Positions 1 through 8,672 are shown, numbered from the stretch's first letter. The stretch is 20,072 bases of DNA from Thermofilaceae archaeon (GCA_038727095.1 JAVYWK010000030.1:1-20072), one strand, 5' to 3'. A program made the numbers and translations. Notes: generated by a model not told the origin, from the letters alone.

Positions 1-312
1 GTACTCACCAGCTACGTCATTTTTTCAAGGGGCGACGACCCCGTGAGGGTCGATATCGCCGTAGGCCGCGAGGATCTTGCAGCTGGCTCTTCTCGATTCG
101 TCCGCAGCCCACCGGATTCCTTCATCAGAGTTCTGCGGCAGCTGGCTTTCCTCTACGCTGGGAGGATGAGCTACAACGTGCTCCTCCTTGAGGCGGACAA
201 GAGGGTTAGGACGACCGCGGAAACGCTCGACCTGTACCACAAGCTCGCTATGAAGGAGCTCGGAGAGCTGATCGTGCACTCGCGCGGCGAGAGGCGGTAC
301 TTCATACCCTAG
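1..312 (+). CDS. nurA: 3' end of a probable NurA-family 5'-3' nuclease (runs off the window's left edge)
   Basis: Frame +1 is open from base 1: VLTSYVIFSRGDDPVRVDIA...RMSYNVLLLEADKRVRTTAETLDLY...*. 'Y..F....P.RVD' and 'SYNVLLLEADKRVR' resemble the NurA C-terminal GY(P/N)xxLxxA(H/D)xxV motif. Co-oriented with herA-mre11-rad50. Confidence 0.68.
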   Translation, partial: VLTSYVIFSRGDDPVRVDIAVGREDLAAGSSRFVRSPPDSFIRVLRQLAFLYAGRMSYNVLLLEADKRVRTTAETLDLYHKLAMKELGELIVHSRGERRYFIP

Positions 313-331
313 CAGCTGGCCGCGGCTTTGA

Positions 332-703
332 CTACTGCTTTGGCGGCCCCCGAGCTTCTCGCTCTAGCGCTTCGATTACGCTTTCCACCTTCCCGATGGC
401 GTACCTGACCTCATCAGGCTGGTAAACCCCCTCGTAGAAGGCCTCCTCGTGGAGCGTTTTCATTAGGTCGCTGTAGAGCGCGCGAAGATCCTCACGCCCT
501 ATCTCCCTCAGCACGCGCCTCCTCTCTGAGTGGCTTCTCGGCACAAACCCCTTTACAGAGCGTATGTACTCGTTCACAGCGACCAGGAGGGCGAGGAAGG
601 CCTTGTCAGCCGCATTGCGGTAGAGCAGGTGGTCTCTCAGCTTCTCAGCGCGCTCCAGCTCCTCACGCGCGTACCCTAAGATCTCCCTAGCCGTCTCGAA
701 CAC
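332..703 (-). CDS. PaREP1-family (HEPN-like) small helical protein
   Basis: 123 aa. RNAADKAFLA matches the PaREP1 QAxEKA(W/Y)xA-type motif; also RSHSERR and LHEEAFYEG (LHxxxFYE motif). GTG start preceded by GGTG. Confidence 0.8.
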   Translation of the reverse strand: MFETAREILGYAREELERAEKLRDHLLYRNAADKAFLALLVAVNEYIRSVKGFVPRSHSERRRVLREIGREDLRALYSDLMKTLHEEAFYEGVYQPDEVRYAIGKVESVIEALEREARGPPKQ

Positions 704-734
704 AGCACCATCCCCCAGTCAATAGGATTGGCGC

Positions 735-740
735 TTATAA
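735..740 (-). promoter_or_regulatory. Probable TATA box (TTATAA) for the PaREP1 gene
   Basis: TTATAA lies about 32 nt upstream of the minus-strand GTG at 703. It also argues against 728 being the real herA start. Confidence 0.4.
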
Positions 741-805
741 CGTTAGCTCGTCCCCGCCGCCGGCCTGCTCAAGTACTTACGGTATACTCAAAGCGATGCC
801 TACAT

Positions 806-2479
806 ATGCCTCGTTCTAGGCGTAACGTGGGGTTCGGCTTGCCGGCAGTCAGTGAGGCGCTTCTCCAACCTTCGGGCGAAAGGCTGCTCCACTTGAGGCA
901 GGTCGGCAGGATTGTGGAGGAAGCGACGCCGGACAGCTTCATCTTCGTTACCTCCAGGCGCGAGCACCCTCCGAAGTACGAGTACGTCGTAGTTCGATCC
1001 GTCGAGCCCGTGGGCGGGGAGGAGAGGGAGGTGCTGGTGCTGTGCCAGGTGAGGGGCGTCGTATCCCGGAGCGCAGCGTACAGCTCGAGGCTCGACTTGG
1101 AGACTCTGGAGCGCATCTACCAGGCCGGGATTGACGACGCGAACCTGCTCTGCCTGGCGAGGTCTCTCGGCTTCCTGGCGGAGGAGGATGGGCGCAAGGT
1201 CGTGCTCGCTCCGCGCCGCGCCTTCTACCCGGGAAACCCGGTCTACTTGGCCCCCGACGAGCTCGTGCGCGAGTTCTTCAGCTACCAGCCCGACGAGGGC
1301 ATCCACATAGGGAGGCTCGTCTCGCGCAGGACGGTGGACGTTTATCTCTCCGTCAACGGTTTCAGGAGGCATGTTGCGGTTATCGCGCAGACCGGGGCTG
1401 GCAAGTCCTACACGGTGGGCGTCATCCTGGAGGAGCTGATGAGGCTCGGCGCTACGGCCGTCGTGATCGACCCGCACGCAGACTACGTTTTCCTCAGCAG
1501 GGATAGAGACATGCGGCGGCACGAGTACTCCGACAGGGTCGTGATCTTCAGGAACCCGAACAGCACGGGCCGCTACGACCCCAGCCAGCTGGACAACGTT
1601 AGGGAGCTGACGGTCAAGTTCAGCGAGCTCTCCCCGGAGGCTGTGGCCAGGATAGCCGATATCCCCGAGAAGTGGACGAACGTGAGGAAGGCGATCAGGA
1701 AGGCGATCGAAGAGCTGCGGAGGCAGGGAGACTACGAGCTCGAAGGCCTTCTTGGAGCGCTGAAGAGGATGTCGAACGGTAGGGGCGAAGAGGCCCGAAG
1801 CGCCGAGAGGGCCTACCAGAACCTCCTGAGGCTTAGGAAGGTCAGGGTGTTTGGAGCCTACACGACCTCGGTGAAGGATGAGGTCCTCAAGCCGGGCCAG
1901 ATCAGCGTGCTCGACCTCTCCGGCCTGAACGACTCGAGCCAGGACTACATCGTGAGCTGGGTGCTTGAGGAAGTCTTCCGGTTGAGGCAGACGGGCGAGT
2001 TCCCGTGGCCGGTCTTCGTCGTCATCGAGGAGGCCCACCGCTTCGTGCCCGCGAAGAGCCTGGAGAGGCGCACGATGTCCTCCTCGATCATCAAGACGAT
2101 AGCGTCGGAGGGGAGGAAGTTCGGCGTCTTCCTGATCCTGGTGACGCAGAGGCCGAGCAGAATTGACGCGGACGCGCTCAGCCAGTGCAACAGCCAGATC
2201 ATCCTGAGGATCACGAACCCATACGACCAGCGGGCCGTGGCGGAGGCGAGCGAGAGGCTCGGGGAGGAGATAATGCGGGATCTGCCGGGCTTGAACGTTG
2301 GCGAAGCGATAATCGTCGGGGAGCTGACGAGGGTTCCCGTGATCGTGAAGGTGAGGAGGAGAGAGACGAGGGAGGGGGGCGCCGACATCGACCTGGTTGA
2401 GGAGCTCAGAAGGGCTAGACAGGTGCTGAACCTCACCCCGAGCCGCTACAGCACCAGCGGCCTATTGTCTGAGGTGTAG
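806..2479 (+). CDS. herA: HerA bipolar DNA translocase/helicase (FtsK-HerA ATPase with N-terminal HAS barrel)
   Basis: HAS-barrel-like N-terminus (VGRIVEEATPDSFIF), Walker A AQTGAGKS, IDPHADY, Walker B VVIEEAH, arginine finger EGRKFG, VTQRPS, SQCNSQI. The ORF is open from 728; in-frame starts at 806 (ATG), 827 (GTG) and 893 (TTG). The true start is uncertain. Confidence 0.93.
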   Translation: MPRSRRNVGFGLPAVSEALLQPSGERLLHLRQVGRIVEEATPDSFIFVTSRREHPPKYEYVVVRSVEPVGGEEREVLVLCQVRGVVSRSAAYSSRLDLETLERIYQAGIDDANLLCLARSLGFLAEEDGRKVVLAPRRAFYPGNPVYLAPDELVREFFSYQPDEGIHIGRLVSRRTVDVYLSVNGFRRHVAVIAQTGAGKSYTVGVILEELMRLGATAVVIDPHADYVFLSRDRDMRRHEYSDRVVIFRNPNSTGRYDPSQLDNVRELTVKFSELSPEAVARIADIPEKWTNVRKAIRKAIEELRRQGDYELEGLLGALKRMSNGRGEEARSAERAYQNLLRLRKVRVFGAYTTSVKDEVLKPGQISVLDLSGLNDSSQDYIVSWVLEEVFRLRQTGEFPWPVFVVIEEAHRFVPAKSLERRTMSSSIIKTIASEGRKFGVFLILVTQRPSRIDADALSQCNSQIILRITNPYDQRAVAEASERLGEEIMRDLPGLNVGEAIIVGELTRVPVIVKVRRRETREGGADIDLVEELRRARQVLNLTPSRYSTSGLLSEV

Positions 2480-2482
2480 CGC

Positions 2483-3658
2483 ATGGCGGTGGTCAAGGTT
2501 CTGCACACGGCCGACAACCACCTCGACCCGAAGCTGACCGAGCTGGGGGCGAAGTCTATGGAGCGTAGGAGGGACTTCCTCAGCGCATTCCAGCACGCAG
2601 TCAACTTCGCCCTCGAGCGGAGGCCGCACCTCTTTCTCGTCTCGGGCGACCTCTTCGACTCGGTGAACCCGAGGAACCCCGCGAGAACGCAGGTGATCAG
2701 GGCGTTCAGGAGGCTCCACTCGGAGGGTGTTAGGGTCTTCCTGATCGGCGGGAACCACGACATGCCGCGGAGCGTTGAGGAGGGGATGTCACCGCTCCAC
2801 GAGATTGAAGCTTCGGGGTACGCCAGGTTCTTCTCCTCCCCTGAGGCACCCGAAGTTGAGCACGTCAACGTGGACGGGCTGGACGTCGCTGTGGTGGGGC
2901 TTTCCTACAACCCGGCGGTGCCGCCCGACGCAAACCCCCTCAAGCACCTGAGCGTCAAGTTGCCGCGGGAGGGCGACTTGGCCATCGCAGTGCTCCACTA
3001 CAACTTCGCCGGCCTCCGAGTGCCCCCGTTCTGGAGGGCCCCGACCTTCTCGCGCGAAGACGTGCCGGGCGAGTACCGGTACTTAGCGCTGGGCCACATC
3101 CACTCCCGCGCGGTTGTAGACCTGGGTAGTACGGTCGTGGCGTACCCGGGGAGCACTGAGCGGAGGAGCTTCGGGGAAGAGGGAGACGAGGCGAAGGGCT
3201 TCCTCTGGGTCGAGCTGCAGGCCGAGGGCAAGCCGCGCCTGGAGTTCGTCGAGACGCCGGCCCGCCCGATGAGAACGGTGAGGGTGGAGGTCCCCCCGCG
3301 GGTTGAGGACCCGATCAGCCACATCCTCCAGAACCTGCCCCCCTCAGACCCGAAGCTACTGCTCAGGTTGATCGTGAGCGGGCTGCTCCCGCTCAGCGGA
3401 ATAGTGCGCTACAGCAAGGCAGCGCTGCTACGCCGCCTCGAGGGACGCTACTTCCACACCGTAATCGAGGATGGAGACCTGAGGTTCGAGGTTAGGACCT
3501 CAAGCGTTCCAGCAGCTGCGGCGAAGAGCCCCATCGAAGCTTTCCGAGTGGAGATGGAGGAGAGGATGAGGAGGGCTCAAACAGAGGAGGAGAGGGCGGT
3601 TCTAGAGCTCGCGTTTAAGCTCGGACTCCAGAAGCTCGAGGAGGCTGGCGCCTGGTGA
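2483..3658 (+). CDS. mre11: Mre11/SbcD metallophosphoesterase nuclease
   Basis: All five phosphoesterase motifs are present: HTADNHL, SGDLFD, GGNHD, VLHY, ALGHIH. Also YPGSTER and a C-terminal helical Rad50-binding-like region. GAGGTG RBS; 3 nt after herA. Confidence 0.93.
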   Translation: MAVVKVLHTADNHLDPKLTELGAKSMERRRDFLSAFQHAVNFALERRPHLFLVSGDLFDSVNPRNPARTQVIRAFRRLHSEGVRVFLIGGNHDMPRSVEEGMSPLHEIEASGYARFFSSPEAPEVEHVNVDGLDVAVVGLSYNPAVPPDANPLKHLSVKLPREGDLAIAVLHYNFAGLRVPPFWRAPTFSREDVPGEYRYLALGHIHSRAVVDLGSTVVAYPGSTERRSFGEEGDEAKGFLWVELQAEGKPRLEFVETPARPMRTVRVEVPPRVEDPISHILQNLPPSDPKLLLRLIVSGLLPLSGIVRYSKAALLRRLEGRYFHTVIEDGDLRFEVRTSSVPAAAAKSPIEAFRVEMEERMRRAQTEEERAVLELAFKLGLQKLEEAGAW

Positions 3659-3664
3659 CGCGGA

Positions 3665-6184
3665 GTGGTGAGGATCGTCAGCCTTAAGGCTGAAAACTTC
3701 CGACGCTTAAGCTTCGATAAGCCCCTCACCTTCCCCTCCGGTTTCATAATCATCCGCGGCAGGAACGAGGCGGGGAAATCCACGATCCTCGAGGCGATCC
3801 TGTACGGCATATACGGCGACCACAACGTAATCGGGGCCCTCAGAGGCGGGGAGAGGCTCGGTTTGGAGGGCATTGTCAACCACCGCGCCAAGAGGGCTAG
3901 AGTTGAGGTGGTCTTCGAGGTGGAGGGGAAGCGGTACAAGGTTGAGAGGATCCTGGAGAGGGAGGGGGAGAGCGCCCGGCAGGTTGACGCGAGCCTCGTC
4001 GAACTGTCTGAGGGGGAGGCGAAGCTGCTGGCCAAGGGCGTGACTAAGGTGAACGAGGTGGTTCAGAGGCTCATTCGGGTATCGTGGAAGGAGATGCTGG
4101 CGACGAACGTGATCGCCCAGAAGGATCTGGAGCGCATCATCGAGATGGGTAAGAGCGAGAGGGAGAAGATCATCAACATGATGATGGGCTTCGAAAGCTA
4201 CAACAAGGCGATCGAAAGGCTCGGAAAGGAGAGGAGGGAGCTCGAGAACAGCCTTCGAGAGGCTCGAGCTGAGGCTGAACAGCTGGCGAATAGGATCGCC
4301 GAGCTGGAGGAGAAGAGCGGGGAGCTCGATAGAAAGAGGGCTGAGCTGAGGCAGCTCGAAGAGAGGATCCCTCAGCTCGAGGCGGAGGAGAAGCGGGAGG
4401 AGGAAGCCTGCAATTACCTCAGCGAGGTCGAGGGTGTTTTGGTGCGGAAGCGCGATCTGAAGCGGCAGCTGGAAGCGGAGGGGAAGAGGGGGGAGGACAT
4501 TAAGAGTAGGCTAGAGGAACGCAGGGTGCGCATCGAGCGGCTCTCAGCGGAGCTTGAAGAGCTGAGAGCCCGGAGAGGCAGCCTAGACTCCGAGCTGAGC
4601 AAGGTGGAGAGCGAGCTGGAAAGAATCAAGCGAGAGCTCGAGCGGTTGAGCGAGCTGCATAGAAGGGCCGCCAACCTCTCAGAACGACAGAAACAGCTTG
4701 AAGCTGAGCTGGAGAAGGTTAGAAGAAGAATCGAGAGCTTGAGCCAGAGCGTCGGAGAGCAGAAAAGGGCAGCCCTCGAGAGGGAGAGGGCGGAAGCCGA
4801 GGAGGCCCTCAGAAGGGTGCGGGAAAGGGAAGCTGCGATCCGCGTACCCGCCTGGAGCGTCGCGGGCGCGATAACTGTCGCGGCTTTCTCACTCCTGGCT
4901 GCACTACTCCAGCCTGCCGCGCTGGCCGGCCTGGCTGTCGCCGGCTTACTGGTGCTGCTGGGAGTGCAGTCAAAGCACCGGCACCTACTGGAGCTAGCGA
5001 GGGAGGCGGACAAGCTCCGGGATAGGATCTCGAGCATCGACGCTGAGCTCAAGGAGTTTGAGAGGGGCGCGGGAGAGCTCAGGGAGCTGAGGAAGAGGGA
5101 GGCTGAACTGGAGGATCGGCTTAAAGAGCTGAGTTGGCAGTCAAGCGAGCTAGCGACGGAGCTGGGAATCCATGGTGGGCTCGATTCGCTTGTGGAAGAG
5201 TTGGGAAAGCTGGTGAAGAACGCTGAAGATCGGGCGAGGGCAGCTTCATCGACTCGCGAATCGATAATCCGTCAAATCCACGGAATTGACGCGACCATTA
5301 AAGCTCGTGAGGAGGAGCGGGAACGCCTCCTGAAGGAGGTGGAGGAGCTTGAAGAAGAGTTGAACCGTACAACTCAATACCTGCTGAGCTTGGAGGAGGA
5401 GTACTTGAAGCTGACCATTCCGGAGCCACCCTTTGAGATTGAAGGGCTCCTCCCGCGGCCATCCGAGGGCGACTACGAGCATATCAGGGAGTTGAGGCAG
5501 GAGAAGGAGAGGCGCCTAAGGGAGGTGCAGAAAGAGCTCGCAGAAGCGAGGGAGGGGGCGAAGAGGCTTAGGGAGTGGATCGAGGCGACCGAGAGGGAGC
5601 TGGAGCAGCTGCCTAAGCTCAAGGCTAGGTTAGAGGAGCTTAGGCGCTCGCTCGGGGAACTCGAACTGAAGGTCAAGGCAATGAGCAGCGCGATCGCGGT
5701 CCTCGAGGAGGTGGCGAGGAAGAGGAGGGAGGCCTTCGCCCCCAGCGTGGGGGAGAACATGAGTTGGATCGTCTCCTACATCACCGACGGCAGGTACAAA
5801 GCGGTGGATGTCAAGCCTGACACCTACGACGTCCAGGTCTACGATTCGGAGGCGGGCAGGTGGGTGCGCCGCGACATCTACAGCGGCGGAACGAACGACC
5901 AGTTCCTCCTAGCGATGCGCATCGCCTTCACCCTCTCCCTCCTACCTGCCGCGAAGGGCATCTACCCGAGGTTCCTCTTCCTAGACGAGCCGCTCGGCTC
6001 CTCCGACGAGGAAAGGCGAAACAGGATCATCGATTTGCTCAGCAAGGAGCTAACCCGCGTTTTCGACCAAGTCTTCCTCATCACGCACGTCGACATCGAT
6101 GAGCCGCCGGGCTCCACCGTTATCGTGATGAATGAGGGCAGGCCGGAGGAAATCCGCAAGGCTCCTCTCCAGGAATCAGTTTAG
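3665..6184 (+). CDS. rad50: Rad50/SbcC-like SMC ATPase lacking a zinc hook, with a central hydrophobic hairpin
   Basis: Walker A GRNEAGKST, Q-loop VIAQKD, a long E/R/L/K coiled coil, signature YSGG, Walker B/D-loop FLFLDEPLGSSD, H-loop LITH. No CxxC; uncharged 38-mer at nt 4853-4966. Confidence 0.9.
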   Translation: MVRIVSLKAENFRRLSFDKPLTFPSGFIIIRGRNEAGKSTILEAILYGIYGDHNVIGALRGGERLGLEGIVNHRAKRARVEVVFEVEGKRYKVERILEREGESARQVDASLVELSEGEAKLLAKGVTKVNEVVQRLIRVSWKEMLATNVIAQKDLERIIEMGKSEREKIINMMMGFESYNKAIERLGKERRELENSLREARAEAEQLANRIAELEEKSGELDRKRAELRQLEERIPQLEAEEKREEEACNYLSEVEGVLVRKRDLKRQLEAEGKRGEDIKSRLEERRVRIERLSAELEELRARRGSLDSELSKVESELERIKRELERLSELHRRAANLSERQKQLEAELEKVRRRIESLSQSVGEQKRAALERERAEAEEALRRVREREAAIRVPAWSVAGAITVAAFSLLAALLQPAALAGLAVAGLLVLLGVQSKHRHLLELAREADKLRDRISSIDAELKEFERGAGELRELRKREAELEDRLKELSWQSSELATELGIHGGLDSLVEELGKLVKNAEDRARAASSTRESIIRQIHGIDATIKAREEERERLLKEVEELEEELNRTTQYLLSLEEEYLKLTIPEPPFEIEGLLPRPSEGDYEHIRELRQEKERRLREVQKELAEAREGAKRLREWIEATERELEQLPKLKARLEELRRSLGELELKVKAMSSAIAVLEEVARKRREAFAPSVGENMSWIVSYITDGRYKAVDVKPDTYDVQVYDSEAGRWVRRDIYSGGTNDQFLLAMRIAFTLSLLPAAKGIYPRFLFLDEPLGSSDEERRNRIIDLLSKELTRVFDQVFLITHVDIDEPPGSTVIVMNEGRPEEIRKAPLQESV

Positions 6185-6407
6185 CCCACGAGTGCGTCTC
6201 TAACACGTGAAATGCCATCGTGACGACCTCCACACTCTTCCCCGCTTCCAACTACGGCAACCACCCGCCTTTCAGCATCTCCCAAAGCTTCGTAAGACTC
6301 CATTTCGTCTCAGTTAAATCGAGTAAAACTTAGGGGTCGAGGCGCATCTGGCAGGAACGACCTCGGTTTCGGCCATCGCAAACCCTTAGCTGCATGGACC
6401 GTGGTTT

Positions 6408-6618
6408 TCATGCGATTATCCGCGCGCTAGTTAACGCTTTGACGTGTTTTCCGCAGCGCTCCTCAGCCTAGAATCGCCGGTCACTAGCACCAGCCTATTG
6501 CAGCGTAGATTTAGGGCGCGTCGTAGACCGCCAGGTTAATCGTAGCGTCGGCGGCGAGCGGTTTAAGCGCCCCCTTCTTAACTAAGTTGACGATCGAGGT
6601 TGCATCGAAGAAGTACAT
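6408..6618 (-). pseudogene. vapC: Degraded VapC/PIN toxin gene
   Basis: The ATG overlaps the antitoxin stop (TAATG). It reads MYFFDATSIVNLVKKGALKPLAADATINLAVYDAP* then, across frameshifts, IYAA/LVLVTGDSRLRSAAE/HVKALTSARIIA*. These are PIN N- and C-terminal motifs with the middle missing. Confidence 0.78.
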
Positions 6619-6848
6619 TACCTCCCATCCCTGTCTGCACGTATCAGGCTGACCACCTCCTCGTCGCTGATGACCGCTAGCTCTTCGGCCAACCTCATGG
6701 CTCTAGCCTCGAGCTCTTCAAGCCTCCTACGCCGAACCCTCCCCTCTAGCGCCTTCCTGATAAGGGGACCCGGCTTCACACTGTACTTGTCAAGCAGCAT
6801 CTTTAACTTCTTAGGGATCTTCACAAACATGGTCACGTACCCGGACAC
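6618..6848 (-). CDS. VapB-like RHH/CopG-type antitoxin
   Basis: SGYVTMFVKIPKKLK..LDKY....LIRKALE...SDEEVVSLIRADRDGR is typical of archaeal VapB, and it is coupled to the PIN remnant. ORF open from 6863; GTG at 6848 fits the TATA spacing better. Confidence 0.75.
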   Translation of the reverse strand: MSGYVTMFVKIPKKLKMLLDKYSVKPGPLIRKALEGRVRRRRLEELEARAMRLAEELAVISDEEVVSLIRADRDGR

Positions 6849-6852
6849 TGTA

Positions 6853-6894
6853 AGGTAACCCACGAACCATTATATGGTTTATATAGAGGTAACC
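6853..6894 (-). promoter_or_regulatory. vapBC promoter with candidate autoregulatory operator
   Basis: Minus-strand TATATAAA at 6885-6878; inverted repeat AACCAT-tat-ATGGTT at 6865-6879; direct repeat AGGTAACC at 6853-6860 and 6887-6894. Confidence 0.45.
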
Positions 6895-6969
6895 ACCAAA
6901 CGGCTGCTGAGATAGGTTGAACGACGAAGCCGAGGGATTTTGAGAATCGAAACGCCTTCGAAACCCCTC

Positions 6970-7003
6970 TTTCTCTCAACTTAAGAGAAACTCCAGGTTA
7001 TAA
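6970..7003 (+). promoter_or_regulatory. ABC operon promoter: inverted repeat upstream of a TATA box
   Basis: TTTCTCT-N7-AGAGAAA at 6970-6990, TTATAA at 6998-7003, ATG at 7031. Confidence 0.5.
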
Positions 7004-7030
7004 GTATCCCAGTGCCGGAAGGCTTGGTGT

Positions 7031-7822
7031 ATGATTGAGCTGAAAAATCTCCGGGTATCTTACGACCGAAGAGAAGTCGTAAAGGGCGTGTCCACAGTCT
7101 TCAACAACAAGCACGTTGTGCTGGGCCCGAACGGGCATGGGAAAACCACTCTGTTTAAAGCAATAGCAGGGTTGGCGCCCTACAAGGGTGAAGTCATCAT
7201 TGAGGGAACCTCCCTCGCTAAGTTGAAAGAGGGTCTAGGGTTGCTGGCCATCAACCTACCTGAGGTGTACAGGCTGGTCCCCCTTTCTGCTTGGGAGACA
7301 GCTAAACTGTACTCCGACATTATGGATGTGGATCTCGCGCTGGTTGAGCAGATGCTATCAGAGCTCGGCATATCTCGCAAAGATCTCGAGAAAAAGAAGC
7401 TGTGGGAGCTCTCAGCCGGGACGCTGAAGGCCTACTGCACGGCGCTTTCGGTGGCGAGCGGCGCCAAGAACGTCTTACTCGACGAGCCCTTCGAGCAACT
7501 GGACCCCGCTAGGAAGGGGCGCCTCGCTCAGATGCTGGAGCGCTACAGCGGAACGCTGGTGCTGAACACCCATGAGACGTGGATCCTTAACCGGCTCCCC
7601 GACTGGTACGTCCACGTTATGGTGGACGGCCGCCTCTACGGCCCCGCTCCCGCGGGGAGGCTGGCTTCCGCCAAGATAACAACCAGCTCTGTGGAGCATG
7701 CGTTCCTCAGAGTGCCGATCGGGGATGCAACCGTAAGCTTCGTTGAGACAGGGGCTGGCGAGCCCGTTTCAAGCCTTTTAACTTTAGATAGGCTTTACGA
7801 CATCGTTCTGAAGGGTGGTTGA
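7031..7822 (+). CDS. ABC transporter ATP-binding protein
   Basis: Walker A GPNGHGKTT, signature variant LSAG, Walker B VLLDEPF, LDP, H-loop NTHE. Confidence 0.92.
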   Translation: MIELKNLRVSYDRREVVKGVSTVFNNKHVVLGPNGHGKTTLFKAIAGLAPYKGEVIIEGTSLAKLKEGLGLLAINLPEVYRLVPLSAWETAKLYSDIMDVDLALVEQMLSELGISRKDLEKKKLWELSAGTLKAYCTALSVASGAKNVLLDEPFEQLDPARKGRLAQMLERYSGTLVLNTHETWILNRLPDWYVHVMVDGRLYGPAPAGRLASAKITTSSVEHAFLRVPIGDATVSFVETGAGEPVSSLLTLDRLYDIVLKGG

Positions 7823-8660
7823 GGTGACGAGCTACCTGATCTACAAGTTTAAGAGTCTCATGACGAACAGAAGCGGGCTCTTCTGGGGTATCGGCTTCAT
7901 GCTGTTCTGGGCCGTCATGTGGGTTTACGTATTCCTCCGCGTGGAAGAACCCCTACCACCCCGCGAAGTGCTCGAGCAGGTTCTCAAAGTAGTATCAGCG
8001 CTCGGCTACTCGTACCTCGGCGTGCTCTCAATGTCCTCAGTCGCAATCGGGTTAACCTCCTACAAGCTTTACTCCTCCAGCGCTTCGGCCTTCGTCGTGC
8101 GCTTCTCGCGGCTTACGCCTTTTAGGCTCTTACTCGAAGATTTCGTCTCCGGGGTCGCGGCGATAATCTCGTACACTTTAGCCGTCGTAGCGGCTGTAGC
8201 AGGGCTCATGTACCTGAGATTCAGCATCCTCTTGTTCCCCGAGAAGCCGGTGGAACTTCTCGCCTACATAGTGTTGGCCGGTGTTGAGTGGTACTGGCTT
8301 AGCTACCTACTTTGCACGGTTATGCTCGCGTTAAGAAAGCCTAGATCGCAGCTTTTGAACATGCTACCCTTGATGATCGGCTTCGGCATCTACTCGACGC
8401 TCTGGCTAGATCCCGGGAAACTGGTTTACGCGCTACCCATAGCCCCATTGGCCCCTCTAGTTGTCAGCTCTGCATCAAGCATCGATCCCGTAGCGGGAGG
8501 ATGGATCCCCTATCAACCCTGGCGGAATCCTGGCGCTGCCACGGTCGTCGAGCCGCTCCCAGCTCTGATCTCAACTTTTGCCTGGATACTCTCGCTCGCC
8601 CTGGCATCCCTCCTCCTGGCGAAGAGGGTTACCGGAATCCCGATGGAGGAGGTTGGTTAG
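7815..8660 (+). CDS. ABC-2-type exporter permease (about 6 TM)
   Basis: Multiple long hydrophobic segments; N-terminal 'NRSGLFWGIGF' is typical of ABC-2 permeases; overlaps the ATPase by 8 nt. Confidence 0.8.
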   Translation: MVEVTSYLIYKFKSLMTNRSGLFWGIGFMLFWAVMWVYVFLRVEEPLPPREVLEQVLKVVSALGYSYLGVLSMSSVAIGLTSYKLYSSSASAFVVRFSRLTPFRLLLEDFVSGVAAIISYTLAVVAAVAGLMYLRFSILLFPEKPVELLAYIVLAGVEWYWLSYLLCTVMLALRKPRSQLLNMLPLMIGFGIYSTLWLDPGKLVYALPIAPLAPLVVSSASSIDPVAGGWIPYQPWRNPGAATVVEPLPALISTFAWILSLALASLLLAKRVTGIPMEEVG

Positions 8661-8672
8661 CTGGTAGGGAGC

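Noticed and set aside
728-805. N-terminal extension of HerA from TTG 728
   Set aside because: Overlaps the divergent promoter and is not protein-like.
800-2038. 412-aa antisense ORF, and other antisense or alternate-frame ORFs over herA, mre11, rad50 and the surface gene
   Set aside because: Shadow ORFs expected from GC-rich codon bias; no motifs, and they overlap well-supported genes.
4200-5700. Recurrent GAGCT/GAGAGG words that look like repeats or CRISPR
   Set aside because: Explained by Glu/Leu/Arg codons of the coiled coil; no regular repeat-spacer period.
6246-6262. Similarity to 16193-16212 (TTCCAA...CTACGGCAACC)
   Set aside because: An 11-bp core match is expected by chance in 20 kb; no wider homology or element boundary.
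6182-6303. Short minus-strand ORF (MESYEALGDAERRVVAVVGSG...) resembling a P-loop fragment
   Set aside because: Only 40 codons, and the motif needs a frameshift; too weak to call.
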